In this document: in pieces, positions 25,451 through 38,567 of the stretch | Position numbering within the stretch: position 1 is the stretch's first letter | Layout of the letters: each line of letters begins with the position of its first letter | Assembly: GCF_001194135.2 (NCBI RefSeq) | Contig: NC_068981.1 | Coordinates: forward strand, 1,051,922 to 1,115,921 | Direction of reading: 5' to 3' | DNA length: 64,000 nt | DNA from: Octopus bimaculoides | Taxonomy: Eukaryota | Notes under the pieces: generated by a model | The model's database searches: none | What the model saw: the letters and a program-made list of their open reading frames with translations, nothing else | What the model was told of the DNA's origin: nothing | Made by a program: the position numbers and the translations under genes

Positions 25451-25668
25451 CAAAGGGGTGCTGAAAAGTTCCAGGCTTTTGGGTACAAGAAAATGCAGGA
25501 GGATTTGTTAATTATGATTTTATTCAACATTTTCCCCTCTCAGATTGATGAACTTACTGCAGGGGTCCTTCAGTTTTTCTAAGCCCTGTAAAAGAACTTG
25601 GAAGGTTGGACCTCTGTCCAGGCCTTTTGCGAGACCCTGAAAGCCAGGAACTTTTCAGCACCCCATTG
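25451..25668. mobile_element. mariner-type MITE
   Basis: TA TSD; about 29-bp TIRs caaaggggtgctgaaaagttccaggcttt / aaagccaggaacttttcagcaccccattg. Confidence 0.85.
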
Positions 25669-26110
25669 TATATTTACATATATTTCACTTAGGTGTTGCG
25701 ATTTTAACTCTTTCATTACCGTATTTCTGTTGAGATGCTCTGTGTTTCTTTCAATTAATTTTAAATATAACAAAGAATTTAGTAAAATAACTTAGTTCTC
25801 ATTCAGCTAGTGTTAGGAACATAAATTGTGACTAAGGTTTGGTGGAAGATTTTAATTCAAAACTTATGAAAACAAGACATTTGTACTCAGAGCCAGAGCC
25901 GTTGATAACGAAAGGGTTAAGAATTGTTTCTCTATTATATATTTTGATTGCCTGGTGTAGAACTCAATATACACGTGTTTCAGAAAACTGCAAGGTGTAA
26001 CTCAGGCGTTCAACTAAGAGTCTACCATATTTTATAGTGGAAACAGCTATAAGCTAACGGAGTTCATTAGATAATTATTTATTCTTTTGTCATCTTTTTT
26101 CTTTTACACA

Positions 26111-26164
<54 letters not shown>

Positions 26165-26326
26165 TATACACATGCGCGTGAATGCATGTTTCTGTATGTT
26201 AGTGATGTGTTCGCTGTTATTGTCGGGCTCTACCAGATTGATCTAGTTTAGATCTCTAATTCTCTCTTCATTAAATATGGTCGATTTCTTATTCGATTAT
26301 CGATGTTGTCTTTTATTGTCTTTCAG

Positions 26327-26414
26327 AATTACTATCAATTTGAACATAAACCATTCTGTTGATGCCGATGAAGCTGAAATTGTCAACGAGTCACAAGATG
26401 ATGATGTAACTCAG
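26327..26414 (+). CDS. C1QBP: C1QBP exon 3 (ITINLNINHSVDADEAEIVNESQDDDVTQ)
   Basis: Matches human KITVTFNINNSI plus an acidic loop; tttcag acceptor, GTAAAT donor; 88 nt, phase 2 to 0. Confidence 0.92.
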
Positions 26415-26587
26415 GTAAATTGTTTCATAAAAGTCTTCATAGCAATAACAAAAAAAAAAAGTCATATTTGTCTCCCTTTGATCTGTTTTTAACACAGCAA
26501 GTCCATAAGAGAGTTTTTTTTTTATCTCAGGACAAATAACTGCAGTAACTGGCCTGTCAAGCGTGTATACATTGAGTATGATACACA

Positions 26588-27525
26588 GATCATCATCATC
26601 GTCGTCGTTCGTTTAACGTCCGCTTTCAATGCTGGCAAGGGTTGGACGATTCGACTGAGGACTGGCGAACCAGGTGGCTGCACCAGGCTCCAATCTGATT
26701 TGGCAGAGTTTCTACAGCTGGATGCCCTTCCCAACGCCAGCCTCTCCGAGTGTGTAGTGGGTGGTTTTACGTGCCACTAGCACAAAGGCCAATCAGGTGG
26801 TACTGGCAACGGCCATGCTCAAATGGTGTTTTTTACATGCCCCCTGCACAGGAGCCAGTCCAGCGGCACTGGCAACGACCTCACTTGAATGTCTTTTCAT
26901 GTGCCAGTAAGGTGACGCTGGAAGTGATCACGCTTGGATGGTGCTTTTTACGTGCCACCTGCACAGAAGCCAGTCAGCTGCTCAGGCAACGATCACACTT
27001 GGATGGCGCTCTTAGCACTCCACTAGCATGGATGCCAGTCATCCAATTTGCTTTCAATTTCACTTGCCTCAACAGGTCTTTGCAAGCAGGGTTTTTAGTG
27101 TCCAATGAAGTAAAGATACGAATTAGTGAGCTGGCTACACTTCTGGCAGAGGTCACAGATTATGCTCTCACTTGCCTTGCCGGGTCTTCTCACGTACTGC
27201 ATATTTCCAAAGGTCTTGGTCAGAAGTCATTGCCTCAGTGAGGCCTAATGTTTGGAGGTCGTGCTTCAACACCTCATCCCAGGTCTTCCACGGGTTCCCT
27301 CAACTGCTAGGGTGTGGCACTTTTTCACACAGCTATCCTCATCCATTCTCGCCATTTGACCATACCAGCGCAATCGTCTCTCTTGCACACCACAACTGAT
27401 GCTTCTTAGGTTCAACTTTTTTCTCAAGGTACTTACACTCTGTCGGGTATGCACACTGACATTACACATCCATCGGAGCATACTGGCTTCATTCCTTGCG
27501 AGCTTACGCATGTCCTCAGCAGCCA
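26588..27525 (-). mobile_element. 5'-truncated RTE-clade LINE (ORF C-terminus, 3' UTR with 66-bp units, (GAT)n tail)
   Basis: EASMLRWMCNVS...RRLRWYGQMARMDEDSCVKKC...GRPG continues without a break into the tail family seen dozens of times in the window. Confidence 0.88.
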
Positions 27526-28974
27526 CGGCTATTTTAATTAATTAGTGCTTCAGTTGCTTATACCAGACTTTTTTTAATCAGCTGTATGGTTATTGCAACA
27601 TCAGTGAATGTTTCATTCACTTTTTCCTCTCACAGACAATTCCTCAGCTGAGCACAAGTGCCATTGAAAAGGCCAAAATGCATCTGGCACTCTTGCTGGT
27701 TGCTACTGAGACGAACTTTCTTCTCTCCCTCTCCCTAGTGGTTCTGTTTTTGACACAAGTCCATCAGAGGTGTTATCGCAAGTTAAATACTGCAGTAATT
27801 GGCCTATTGACGGTGTATACATTGTGGTACATCAATTGCTGTTTTTTAATTAATACTGCCTCAGTCACACGTGTCAGATTCATGAAACTAAATAACCCTG
27901 TCCTTTGAGAAGTGGTCTTGTTGAATATCATCATCATCATCATTTCGTGTCAGGTTTTTCATGCTTGTAATGGCTGAGCAAGTTGATTTCAACACTAGTA
28001 CCTTCCCACTTATTTTGCCCCATGATCATCTATTTTGTGCACTCCAGAATTCTGAGATCACCCTTTATCATTTCTTCTTCTTCTGCATGGTTCTTCCACT
28101 TGGATGACAATTGGATAATAAAAAAAAAGGTGTGAAGTGATCCAATTGCAAACATGGAAATGTGGATGTTAAAAATGGTGTTCCTCCCCACCTCACCCAC
28201 CTAGCTTTGCCAGCTCCACCCAAACCGTCCAACCCATGCCAGCATGGAAAATATATTGATGATGATATACACATCATCATCATGTAATGTCTGTTTCCCG
28301 TGCTGGCATGGGTTGGGTGATTTGCCAAGAAGTGGCAAGCAGGAGGGCTGCACCAGGTTCCATAGTCTAGGCATGCTTTCTACGGCTGGATGCCCTTCCT
28401 AACACCAACCACTTTACAGAGTGCTGGCACAGGTGCCTTCTTATGTGGTACTAGCATGGGTGTTTTTTACGTGGCACCGACAAATATATGTATATATACA
28501 TACGCATCTGATGGGCTTCCATCCAGTTTCAAAATACGTTCACAAAGTTTTGTTCAAAATAAAGTTAAAATTGAAAAGACATTGCCTGAAGGAGCCATGC
28601 AGGGAATTGAATGAGAGGGATGAGGTTGGGCAGGCATCCTATCATTCATCATCACACATCTGTTTACCATTGAGTGCTTATTAGGTGGCACCAGTGCAGT
28701 CACCAAGTAACTTACAAGCCAAGGCTGCTTGGTTGAAGGAGGTAGCTTCGTGCCAGGTGCTGAGAGGAGGTTAAAGAACGATAGAGGAACAGTTACAGGT
28801 GTCTTTCTGTAGAGGAGGGACTTGGTTATTTCATTTGGTAAAGAGAGAGGAAAGCTGGTGGGTGTTGTAAATATTAATGAGAATAAGATTTTGTAGTTTG
28901 CTAAGTCTTAAGAAGTTCTGTAATTTAGGCTTACTCTTATCTGAATTCTATTTATTTGCAATCCTCTTTTACAG

Positions 28975-29095
28975 ATGGTTTCTCGTCCTCCATTCACTGT
29001 GGATATCAACCAAGGTGGCACTGAGACGTTCGCTCTTCAATGTTCTTTTCCAACAGATATTGATGATGACCTTGCAGGAAAGGATGACGCTATGG
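28975..29095 (+). CDS. C1QBP: C1QBP exon 4 (MVSRPPFTVDINQGGTETFALQCSFPTDIDDDLAGKDDAM)
   Basis: Matches human LTSTPNFVVEV...LVLDCHYPED; tttacag acceptor, GTAAGC donor; 121 nt, phase 0 to 1. Confidence 0.92.
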
Positions 29096-30987
29096 GTAAG
29101 CAAAACAACAGATGTTCTTTTAACACCAAAAAAAAAAAAAAACTATGACAGTGTTATTTATTCAGAATTGGTCCTGTGTGTAGATGTGGTGTGGTGTTTG
29201 CTTATTTTAAAACTATTCATTCATTTCCTTATGAATATGATCACATAAAAAAGAGAGATCAAACCACTAGGGGAGCAGTAGGGGCAGTCTACCCCAGGTG
29301 GCACTTTTCATCCTGTTGTAGGCTATTGCTGTAGGCAATCTGTTTTTCGTGGGGTCCGAGGGCAGCAAACAGAAGGGCTTTCCTGGGCAGCACACACTCT
29401 AGTTACATTAGTGGATCAAGCTATTTAACCCTTTTAACATTTAATCTGGCCCCTATCCAGCTCAAATATTCTACCTGTTCTATCTTCAAACTAGTCGGAT
29501 CCAACCTCTTACACCTATCCTACAACATAATTCTAAAAATAAACAATCACATCATCAAAATCTTGAAGCTATGAAACTATGCTCGATTAATTCTTCATCA
29601 TCATTGTCATCTTCATTTAACGTCCATTGTCTGTGCTGGCATGGGGTGGGCAGTTTGACAGGAGCTGACCAGGCAGAAGCCTGCACCATACTTCTAGGTC
29701 TGTTTTGGCACCGTTTTTACAGTTGGATGCCCTTCCTAATATCATCATTTAATGTCCATTGTCCATGTTGGCATGGGTTGGGCAGTTTGACCGGGCTGGC
29801 ACACTAGAAGCCTGCACTAGACTCAAGTCTGACTTGGCATGGTTTTCTACACCTAACCCTAACCCTTCCTAATGCCAACCACTCAGCAGAGTGTAATGGG
29901 TGCTTTTCCATTCCCCTGCACAGGTGCCATTTGCATGACCCCAGTATCTGCCACGAATGCAATTTTACTTGGCTTGATGGGTCTTCTTCTCAAACACATC
30001 ATGCCAAAGGTCTCAGTCATTCATCAAATACACACACATATTATACATGGTGCACAATATAATGTTAAGACAGTCGAGTGTCCAGTGGTTTAATGTTTGT
30101 TCCAGTCTATGATGATAATCTCCCTTTGCAGTTCTAAGGCTAATAAAACCTGTTTAACACCAGGTCAACCATGATTGTTCTTCTCTCACACATTGAATAT
30201 CTAAGACTACATTATCCAATGTCTCTCCCTTTTCAAGAACATGTGATATAATCTAAGGGTGATTTGTTTGCTGTTTCTCACAGGTTATCATATAACAGTT
30301 CACACTCTTCTTTAAAGAAATCTTGCATAATTTTGTAGGAGTTGTATTGTTGAATGGTTTAAAATCTCACTTTGCTACTATGGGGCCACAGGTTTGCTCC
30401 TGTTGTGTGGTACCCCGGGCAAATGTCTTTTTCTGTTAGCTTCAGGTCAACCCATAACCTTGTGTGTGAAATTGGATAGATGGAAACTGTACAGAAGCCT
30501 GTCATGTGGATTGTATCTATTTCAAAGGTATTATCTAGCACAGTGTCACTAATTCTACCCGAGAAAGGTACACGTCTGGAATATTCAGCCAGACGTGAAT
30601 TCAGGAGCAGATAATTCAGTTGAGAATGAACGACTGAATCTTCATTATTAAATATTGGAGATCAGGTATGGCTGTGAGGTGAAAGGTTTGCTTCCAACCA
30701 CATGGTTGTGGGTTCAGTCCTACTTCATGGAACCTTGGGCAAGTGTTTTCCGCTATAATCTCAGGCTGACCTTTGATTTGTGAGTGGATTTGGTAGGCAG
30801 AAATTGGAAGAAGCTAGTGTATGTCGGCAGAGGTAAAGAATATGCACACCACCCATTTTCAGCATAACCCTTACCCTAAACATTAGGTGTGTGTATTCTT
30901 TACCTTCACCGTATATGTCCCCCCCCCCCACAGCTTGATAACCAGTGTTGGTGTGTTTACATTCTCCTAGACTGATAAATACCGGAC

Positions 30988-31503
30988 NNNNNNNNNNNNN
31001 NNNNNNNNNNNNNNNNNNNNNNNNNNNNNNNNNNNNNNNNNNNNNNNNNNNNNNNNNNNNNNNNNNNNNNNNNNNNNNNNNNNNNNNNNNNNNNNNNNNN
31101 NNNNNNNNNNNNNNNNNNNNNNNNNNNNNNNNNNNNNNNNNNNNNNNNNNNNNNNNNNNNNNNNNNNNNNNNNNNNNNNNNNNNNNNNNNNNNNNNNNNN
31201 NNNNNNNNNNNNNNNNNNNNNNNNNNNNNNNNNNNNNNNNNNNNNNNNNNNNNNNNNNNNNNNNNNNNNNNNNNNNNNNNNNNNNNNNNNNNNNNNNNNN
31301 NNNNNNNNNNNNNNNNNNNNNNNNNNNNNNNNNNNNNNNNNNNNNNNNNNNNNNNNNNNNNNNNNNNNNNNNNNNNNNNNNNNNNNNNNNNNNNNNNNNN
31401 NNNNNNNNNNNNNNNNNNNNNNNNNNNNNNNNNNNNNNNNNNNNNNNNNNNNNNNNNNNNNNNNNNNNNNNNNNNNNNNNNNNNNNNNNNNNNNNNNNNN
31501 NNN
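30988..31503. other. Assembly gap (others: 17630-17639, 18260-18642, 23889-24764, 37357-37629, 38619-39144, 50923-51802, 55114-55476, 57164-57229, 63528-63537)
   Basis: Runs of N. Confidence 0.99.
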
Positions 31504-33430
31504 ATCTGTCAAACACTTTTCACACTCTTGTGAACCTACCCATCCACCCTTTCTGTTCCTCTATCTCTATTCTCTTCATATTCACCTTGTACCTTGAGAG
31601 TATGCCCTCACCATCTTCTCATTCCCTCTATGGAAGCCATGTATTCTCCTCTTCAGCAAGACACCTATTCCTGTATTATACTTTCACCTTCTTCAATACT
31701 ACACACCCCATTCAGTTCAGAGTTTTGCCTTGCAAGTATTTGGTACCATGAAAAAAAAAAAAGCACCCAGTACACTCTCTGAAGTGGTTGGCATTACGAA
31801 AGGCATCCTACTGTAGAAACCATGTCAAAGCAGATATTGGAGCTTTGCTTCGTTGGTTTCTGTTGAACCAGCCAAAAAGGGACATAAAATGATGCCTCGT
31901 TTAGTAGAGATTGGAAATCCTAATTTATATATTTAGCAAAGCATTTCATTCAAGCTATTATTTATTTGGGGTGTATTGTTTATAATCAACTTGTTTACAA
32001 ACTTTTGTTACTTTTTTTTCTGCTGAAATGCATTGCTTTCTTTCAACTTTATCTGTAAAATGGTTGGCATTAGGAAGGGCATCCAGTTGTAGAAACCATG
32101 CCAAAACAGACAATTGGAGCCTGATGCAGCTCTTGGCTTTGCCAGGTTCTATAAAAACGTCCAATCCATACCAACATAGAAAACATTAAACTATGCTGAT
32201 GATGAACATATTAAAAAAGGATGTTTTGCTATACATCTAGGAGTTGAGGTGGGGCATGTCAGACAGTTTGGCATCAAATAGATTAAACTTTTTTTTTATT
32301 TTTGTTAAATCTTGTACTTCCTCATCCAATCCATGTCATCATCATTTTAATCTCTGCTCTTCAATGCTTGCATGGCTCAAACCAAAAGTTGTTGAGGTCA
32401 AGGTTTTCTACAACCAGATATTCTTGTTGCTGCCGACCTTGACCCTGTAAGATATTTCTGAATCCTTTGAACATGAACACTTCTATGACCCGACATGTTT
32501 TCGCAGAAGATTGTGAACAAACGACACCGTTTTTTTGTTTTTTTTTTGGTTGAATGGTGGCTTTGTTTACGATCATCACACAAATATCAAGACAAAGAGA
32601 TACAAACAGTCATCACATCATTAAACAACCATTTTCCATACAGGCGTGGGTTGGACAGTTTGACAAGAGCTGGTAACTTCAGGGACTTTGGCACGGCTTT
32701 TACAACTAGATTCCCTTCCTAACACCAAACCACTTTACAGAATGGACTGGTGCCTTTTACATGGCACCGGTGAGGTCACCACTTGCAAGACAAAGATCCC
32801 TCAATTGAGAGGTGGAGGGATCAAGTGTCAAAGAAGGTGGCTTTGTGCAAGGTGACGAGGGGGTTAAATCATGATAAGAGGGACAGAAACAGGTGCCTTG
32901 CATTGCATACATCTATACATGTGATAGAGATTTTATTTCCCATTTACCAAATTCACTCAGAAGCTTTAGTCCAGGACAAGGGTAGAAAACTCTTACTCAA
33001 AGTGCTAATGCTGGTTCTATGTAACGTTCATCATCATTTGATGTCCGCTTTCCATGCTGGCATGGGTTGAATGGTTTCACTGAGAACTGGTAAGCCGGAG
33101 GGGCTGCACCTGGTTTTGATCTGATTTGGCAAGGTTTCTATGGCTGGTTGCCCTTCCTAATGCCAACCACTCCGAGAGTAGTGGATGTTTGTTATGTGCC
33201 ACTGGCATGGGTGTTATTGACCTGACACCAGCATCGGCCACAGCTATTCTCTCACTTGGCTTGACAGCTCTACACAAGCACGCTATGTCACCAAAGGTCT
33301 TGATTACCTGTCACTGTCTCCATGAGGCCCAACGCTCCAACGGTGCTTTTTACGTGCCAGTCAAACAGCACTGGCATCGGCCACGACTATGATTTCACTC
33401 GGTTCGACAGGTCTTCACAACCTTGTTTAA

Positions 33431-33648
33431 CCCTTTAGCATTGAAAACTGCCCTATTTAACCTAAATATTCTGTTTGATATTTAAACCAGCCAGATCCAG
33501 CCTCTCAAACCTGCTCAACAATGTCATTCTAAAAATAGACAATAATATCATTGAAATCATGAGGCTGCATGATTAATGATTAATTAAAAACAATGTAAAT
33601 CAATAAGCATTATATTTTGGACAGAATAATGTGAATAATGCTTAAGGG
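33431..33648. mobile_element. piggyBac-type MITE family 2 (also 8555-9080 split by an RTE tail, 29425-29590, 59380-59580)
   Basis: TTAA|CCCTTTAGCAT...ATGCTTAAGGG|TTAA. Confidence 0.8.
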
Positions 33649-33785
33649 TTAAAATTCAAGGCAATATTGTTGTAACTATTTTTTAATTTCTTCTACTCCC
33701 AGGTTTAAATGATTTTATAATGTTAAAATACTTCTTCGAGATGTTTACTGAGGAATTTTATATCGTAATTATTTTCTTTTAATAG

Positions 33786-33935
33786 AATCTTTATGACCTG
33801 CTTATGGATATGCTTGACGAACGTGGAATCAATGACGAGTTCATTAACCAGTTGATGGATTTCTGTACTGTCTACGAACACAAGAGATATTTGTCCTTCC
33901 TCAACGGAATCAAACGGTTTGTTGATAAAAAATAA
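33786..33935 (+). CDS. C1QBP: C1QBP last exon (NLYDLLMDMLDERGINDEFINQLMDFCTVYEHKRYLSFLNGIKRFVDKK*)
   Basis: MAM33 C-terminal LYDxLMDxLxxRG...EHxxYxxFL motif; acceptor aatag; TAA at 33933-33935. Confidence 0.95.
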   Translation, partial: NLYDLLMDMLDERGINDEFINQLMDFCTVYEHKRYLSFLNGIKRFVDKK

Positions 33936-34018
33936 TTGTTGCCGATGCTAATTGAGCACTGAGTGTTATTTTTTGATTTAGTTGTTTATACACTGTAGTT
34001 GTCAGTGTATATAAAGTG

Positions 34019-34024
34019 AATAAA
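34019..34024 (+). terminator. C1QBP: Likely C1QBP polyadenylation signal AATAAA
   Basis: Canonical hexamer 84 nt after the stop codon. Confidence 0.55.
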
Positions 34025-35564
34025 GGTTTTGAAATATAAATTGAAACATTTTCAAAAGAAATGGCCAAAACACAAACAAACAATAAGGAAAGGCTTAGAA
34101 AAGCCGGTGTAAATGGACTGAATGAAAAAGCATTATTTCAACCGTGTAGATGTATTGTGATGTAATGAAATAAAATTTTTCCTTAAGTTGACTTCCTTTC
34201 CTCCATTTTTCTCATAATTTCATATCCCTATCATTTAACATCCTCCTTCCATGCTGGCATGGGTGGGACAGTTTGACAGAAGCTGGCCAAGCAGGAGCCT
34301 GCACCATGCTTGTGTCTGATTTGGCAAGGTTTTTACAGCTGGATGCTCTTCCTAACACCAACCACTCAGCAGAGTGGACTTAGTGCTTTTTACGTGGCAC
34401 AAGCTCAGGTGAGGTCAGTTTTGGTGTGGTTTTTACACCTGGATACCCTTCCAAACACCAACCACCCAACAGAGTGGACTTAGTGCTTTTTAAGTGACAC
34501 AAGTATAGGCAAAGTCAGTTTTGGGGTGGTTTTTACAGCTGGATGCCTTTCTAAATGCTACCTACTTAACAGTGAGGACTGGGTGTTTTCTAAGTGGTAC
34601 CTGCACTGTTAGGATCACCAAGACAAGGAATCTTTGAGAGGGGAGGAGGGGCATTGGCAGAGATGATCTTGTGTCAGATGATGAAAGGTAAGAGTGTAAC
34701 AGAGACTGAAACAGATGTGTTGTTGTGGAGGAGGTAAATGATTACCCAGCCAAAGAGAGTGAGAGTTAGCAAGAATGAGGGCAGAAACAGGTGTGCTGAA
34801 GAGGAGGGACATGGTTACCTGGGGGGAAAGTTATGAAGGAATAAATCTGCACTTAATTCCCCCATTTCCATGCTGGCATGGATTGGATGGTTTAGGCTAA
34901 AGATCCTCCCGGAGTCCTACAGACTTACAGGACTGGTTTCTGTGCTACATATATTCCTCACCTAGACAGGACACTGACCCATCATAGGATTACTCCTTTT
35001 GCCAGATGAGTGGACTGGAGCGACATGAAATGAAGTGTTTTGCGCAAGAACACAATGCATCATCTGGTCCAGGAATTGAAACCACAATCTTATGATCATT
35101 GAGTCTGACACCCTACCACGCACTAAACCATGCGCCTCCACTTTGGGCAGTTTGACAGGATATGACTAATCCAAAGACTGAATTGTGACCCAATGTCTTC
35201 TTTGGCATGATTTCTGCAGTTGGATGCATTTCCTAATGCTAACCACTTCACAGTATGTACTGGGTGTTTTTAGGTGCAGGAGAGGCTGTGTGGTAAGAAG
35301 CTTGCTTCCCAACCACATGGTTCTGGGTTCAGTCCCACTGCGTGGCACCTTGGGCAAGTGTTTACTATAGTCTCAGGCTGATCAAAGCCTCATGAGTGGA
35401 TTTGGTAGATGTAAACTGAAAGAAGCCTGTCATGTATATATATATAGTTGAAATTTACAGAAAAACAAAAGACAAGGCAGGTGTATTTAGATGGATACTA
35501 AATTATTATTATTATTGTGATAGCAAGCTGGCAGAATCAGTAGCTCACTGGACAACATGTTTAA

Positions 35565-35782
35565 CCCTTTCGTTACCAACCCGGCTGAAACCAGCTCTGA
35601 CTCTGTAGTACAAATGTCTTGTTTCCATCAGTTTTGAATTAAAATCTTCCACCAAACCTTAATCACAATTTATGTTCCCAACACTAGTTTAATGATAACT
35701 AAGTTATATTACTAAATTCTTTGTTATATTTAAAAGTAATTGAAAGAAACAGCATCTCAAAATAAATACAGTAACGAAAGGG
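35565..35782. mobile_element. piggyBac-type MITE family 1 (second copy 25708-25916, inverted)
   Basis: TTAA|CCCTTTCGTTAC...GTAACGAAAGGG|TTAA. Confidence 0.85.
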
Positions 35783-37047
35783 TTAAAAGTATCTTGTTCA
35801 TCTTTTAAATTCTGATGTTGACTTTAGTTTTCGTCATCTCAGGGTCAATGATAATAGGTACCAGTTCAGTACGGAGTTAAGACCAGCCCTCTCCCACGAA
35901 GTTTCTGAGCTTGTGCCTATTGTTGAAAGAATTATTATTACCTCTGCCTTAGCGAAGGCAGAGGGATTGTTTTCAGTCATGTTTGTTTGTCTGTTTGTCT
36001 GTGGACAAGATATCTCAAGAACCACTGGATGGATTCAGATGAAACCTTCAGAGATGTTTGGCCTTATGACTGACACAAAATGATTAGATTTTGGGATCAA
36101 TTCAGTACCAGACAAGGATTCTGGATTATTTTTCCTGTTTTTGAGAGCAGTCTAGTTTATTTCAGATATTCTCATTTTAAAAATCATTTCTGGCCAATCA
36201 TTGAGAGGATGTTGGTGTTGCTTTGGAGGAGGTTTGTGCTAGCGAAGGCAGAGGTATTGTTTTCATTCGTGTTTGTTTGTCTGTGGACAAGATATCTCAA
36301 AAACCACTGGATAGATTCGGATGAAACTTTGAGGGGTGTTTGACCTCACACCTGGCACAACCTTATTAGATTTTGGGATCAATCCAGCACCGGACAAGGA
36401 TTCTGGATTATTTTTACTGTGTTTTTACTTAATTTTTCAGAACAATCAGGTTCATTTTTAGTATTTTTGTTTGTGAGAGCAGTCGAGTTTATTTTAAATA
36501 TCATGGAGAGGACGTTGGTGTTGCCTTGTTATTTATTATTGTTCAATACAGCAACTTTGCTGGGGAATGTTACACAGTATCATCTGTCCACAACACTTTT
36601 CATTCATATTCTGAGAACTCCAGAAAATTCATGCAATTCCAATCACTACTATTTTCTGTTGATGCTCCATCTTCACATTTGCTCCTATCTTTTCAACCCA
36701 GTTTGTGAGTTCGGTACTTCCAGTACCCAAGGCTTCGACAACTACTACAACATTCACCTTCTTCAACAACCATAGTCTTATTTATTTCCCACTTCAGATC
36801 ATTATCTATAACTTTATTCCCTTCTCTTTCTAATAATCTCTCATCTTCAGAACATGCAATATCTGTGATTAAGCAGGGGTTTTTTCCGATTATATCTGGC
36901 TTTTAATATTTAATTTCATGCATCACTGTCGACCTTTCCATCCCACAGTATCTTTACCTTGTCATTCTCATTTACTCCTTCTGGAATTTACCTATCTTAT
37001 ATCTTTGTTCTGTCCAATCTATAATTATTATTATTGTAAAGGTAGAA

Positions 37048-37264
37048 AGGCGGTGAGCTGGCAGAAACGTTAGCACGCCAGGCGAAATGCTTAGCAGTAT
37101 TTCGTTTGTCTTTACATTCTGAGTTCAAATTCCGCCGAGGTCGACTTTGCCTTTCATCCTTTCGGAGTGGATAAATTAAGTACAAGTTGCATACTGGGTT
37201 CAATCTAATCGACTGGCCTCCTCCCCAGAATTTCGGGCCTTGTGCCTAGAGTAGAAAAGATTAT
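37048..37264 (+). mobile_element. tRNA-headed SINE family B, representative copy (also 7200-7380, 10140-10250, 48240-48350 minus, 54975-55113, 58605-58815, 62410-62605)
   Basis: ggcggtgagctggcagaa...gagttcaaattcc head and conserved gcctttcatcctttcggggtcgat block. Confidence 0.85.
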
Positions 37265-38220
37265 TGTAAAAGTCGCAAGCTGGCAGAAACGTTAGCGTGC
37301 TGGGTAAAATGCTTAGTGGCATTTCATCCATCCTTATGTTCCGAGTTCAGATACCANNNNNNNNNNNNNNNNNNNNNNNNNNNNNNNNNNNNNNNNNNNN
37401 NNNNNNNNNNNNNNNNNNNNNNNNNNNNNNNNNNNNNNNNNNNNNNNNNNNNNNNNNNNNNNNNNNNNNNNNNNNNNNNNNNNNNNNNNNNNNNNNNNNN
37501 NNNNNNNNNNNNNNNNNNNNNNNNNNNNNNNNNNNNNNNNNNNNNNNNNNNNNNNNNNNNNNNNNNNNNNNNNNNNNNNNNNNNNNNNNNNNNNNNNNNN
37601 NNNNNNNNNNNNNNNNNNNNNNNNNNNNNTTTTTGCTTTTTATCCTTTCGGGGTCAATGTAATCAAATTACCCCTCCCCTCAAAAATTGCTGGCCCTGAG
37701 CCAAAATTTGAAACCACTATTGTTGATGTTGTTCCTGACTGGCTCCTGTGCCAGCAGCACATATAAAGCACCTGATGAATGTGGCCGTTGCCAGTGCCAC
37801 CTGACTGGCTCTCGAGCCAGTGGCACGTAAAAAGCACCCACTACACTCTCGGAGTGGTTGGCATTAGGAAGGGCATTCAGCCATAGAAACTCTGCCAAAT
37901 CAGATTGGCACCTGGTGCAGCCTCCTGGCTTACCAGTCCCCACTCAAACCGTGTAACCCATGCCAGCATGGAAAACGGACATTAAACGATGATGATGATT
38001 GTTGTTGTTACTTTGCTAGGAAATGTAACAGTGGACCGAGGTACCACCCTTTGTTCAGATTTCAAGAACTCTGTGGAGGATTCCTGCAGTTTTAAGCAAC
38101 ACAGTTTTCTGTCGATGCTCTGTCTTCACATTTACTCCTATCTTTCCAGTCCAGACTGTCAGCTTTAGTACTTGAGAGTTTCCAAAGCTGCACCATCTTC
38201 AATAACCACAGTCTTATTTC

Positions 38221-38495
38221 AGTTCTGTATTTAAGAGATGAGGAATTAATTACATTTGATGATGGATATTTGTCCTCATCTTTGTTGTTAACACGTTTCG
38301 GCTGATATACCCGCCAGCCTTCATCAGGTGTCTTGGGGAAATTTCAAACGTGGGTTCTCATTCCTAAGGTATTTTTTGATGTTATTATTATTATTATTAT
38401 TCTGCCTGGAATAATAATGCCTGGTCACTGCCTGGAATCAAACTTGGAATCTTGGGGCTAGTAGCCCGTGCTCTTAACCACTATGCTATATGCCC
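38221..38495 (-). mobile_element. tRNA-headed short element carrying a disabled hammerhead and a Penelope-like tail
   Basis: Head GGGCATATAGCATAGTGGTTAAGAGC...AGTTTGATTCC (A/B-box-like), then (AAT)n, then a hammerhead at 38290-38332 lacking the cleavage triplet. The tail is shared with copies at 2638-2765, 11930-12060 and 38520-38618. Confidence 0.65.
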
Positions 38496-38519
38496 GCCCA
38501 CAGGCATATGGCGTAGTGA

Positions 38520-38567
38520 TGACACCTGATGAAGGCTGGAGGGTATATCAGCCGAAACGTTGTGTTA
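38520..38567 (+). ncRNA. Minimal type-I hammerhead ribozyme motif (Penelope type)
   Basis: Stem I (U)GACAC/GUGUU(A); core CUGAUGA plus an extra A; stem II GGCUG/CAGCC; GAAA; palindromic ACGU stem III; predicted cleavage after GUU at 38561. Folded by eye; activity untested. Confidence 0.7.

Noticed and set aside
30610-30650. Candidate for the missing C1QBP exon 5 (other candidates near 31937 and 32507)
   Set aside because: No similarity to the MAM33 segment, and a stop codon or no suitable donor.
38290-38332. Minus-strand hammerhead as an active ribozyme
   Set aside because: A 3-nt deletion removes the UH cleavage triplet (GAAAC is followed directly by stem I).
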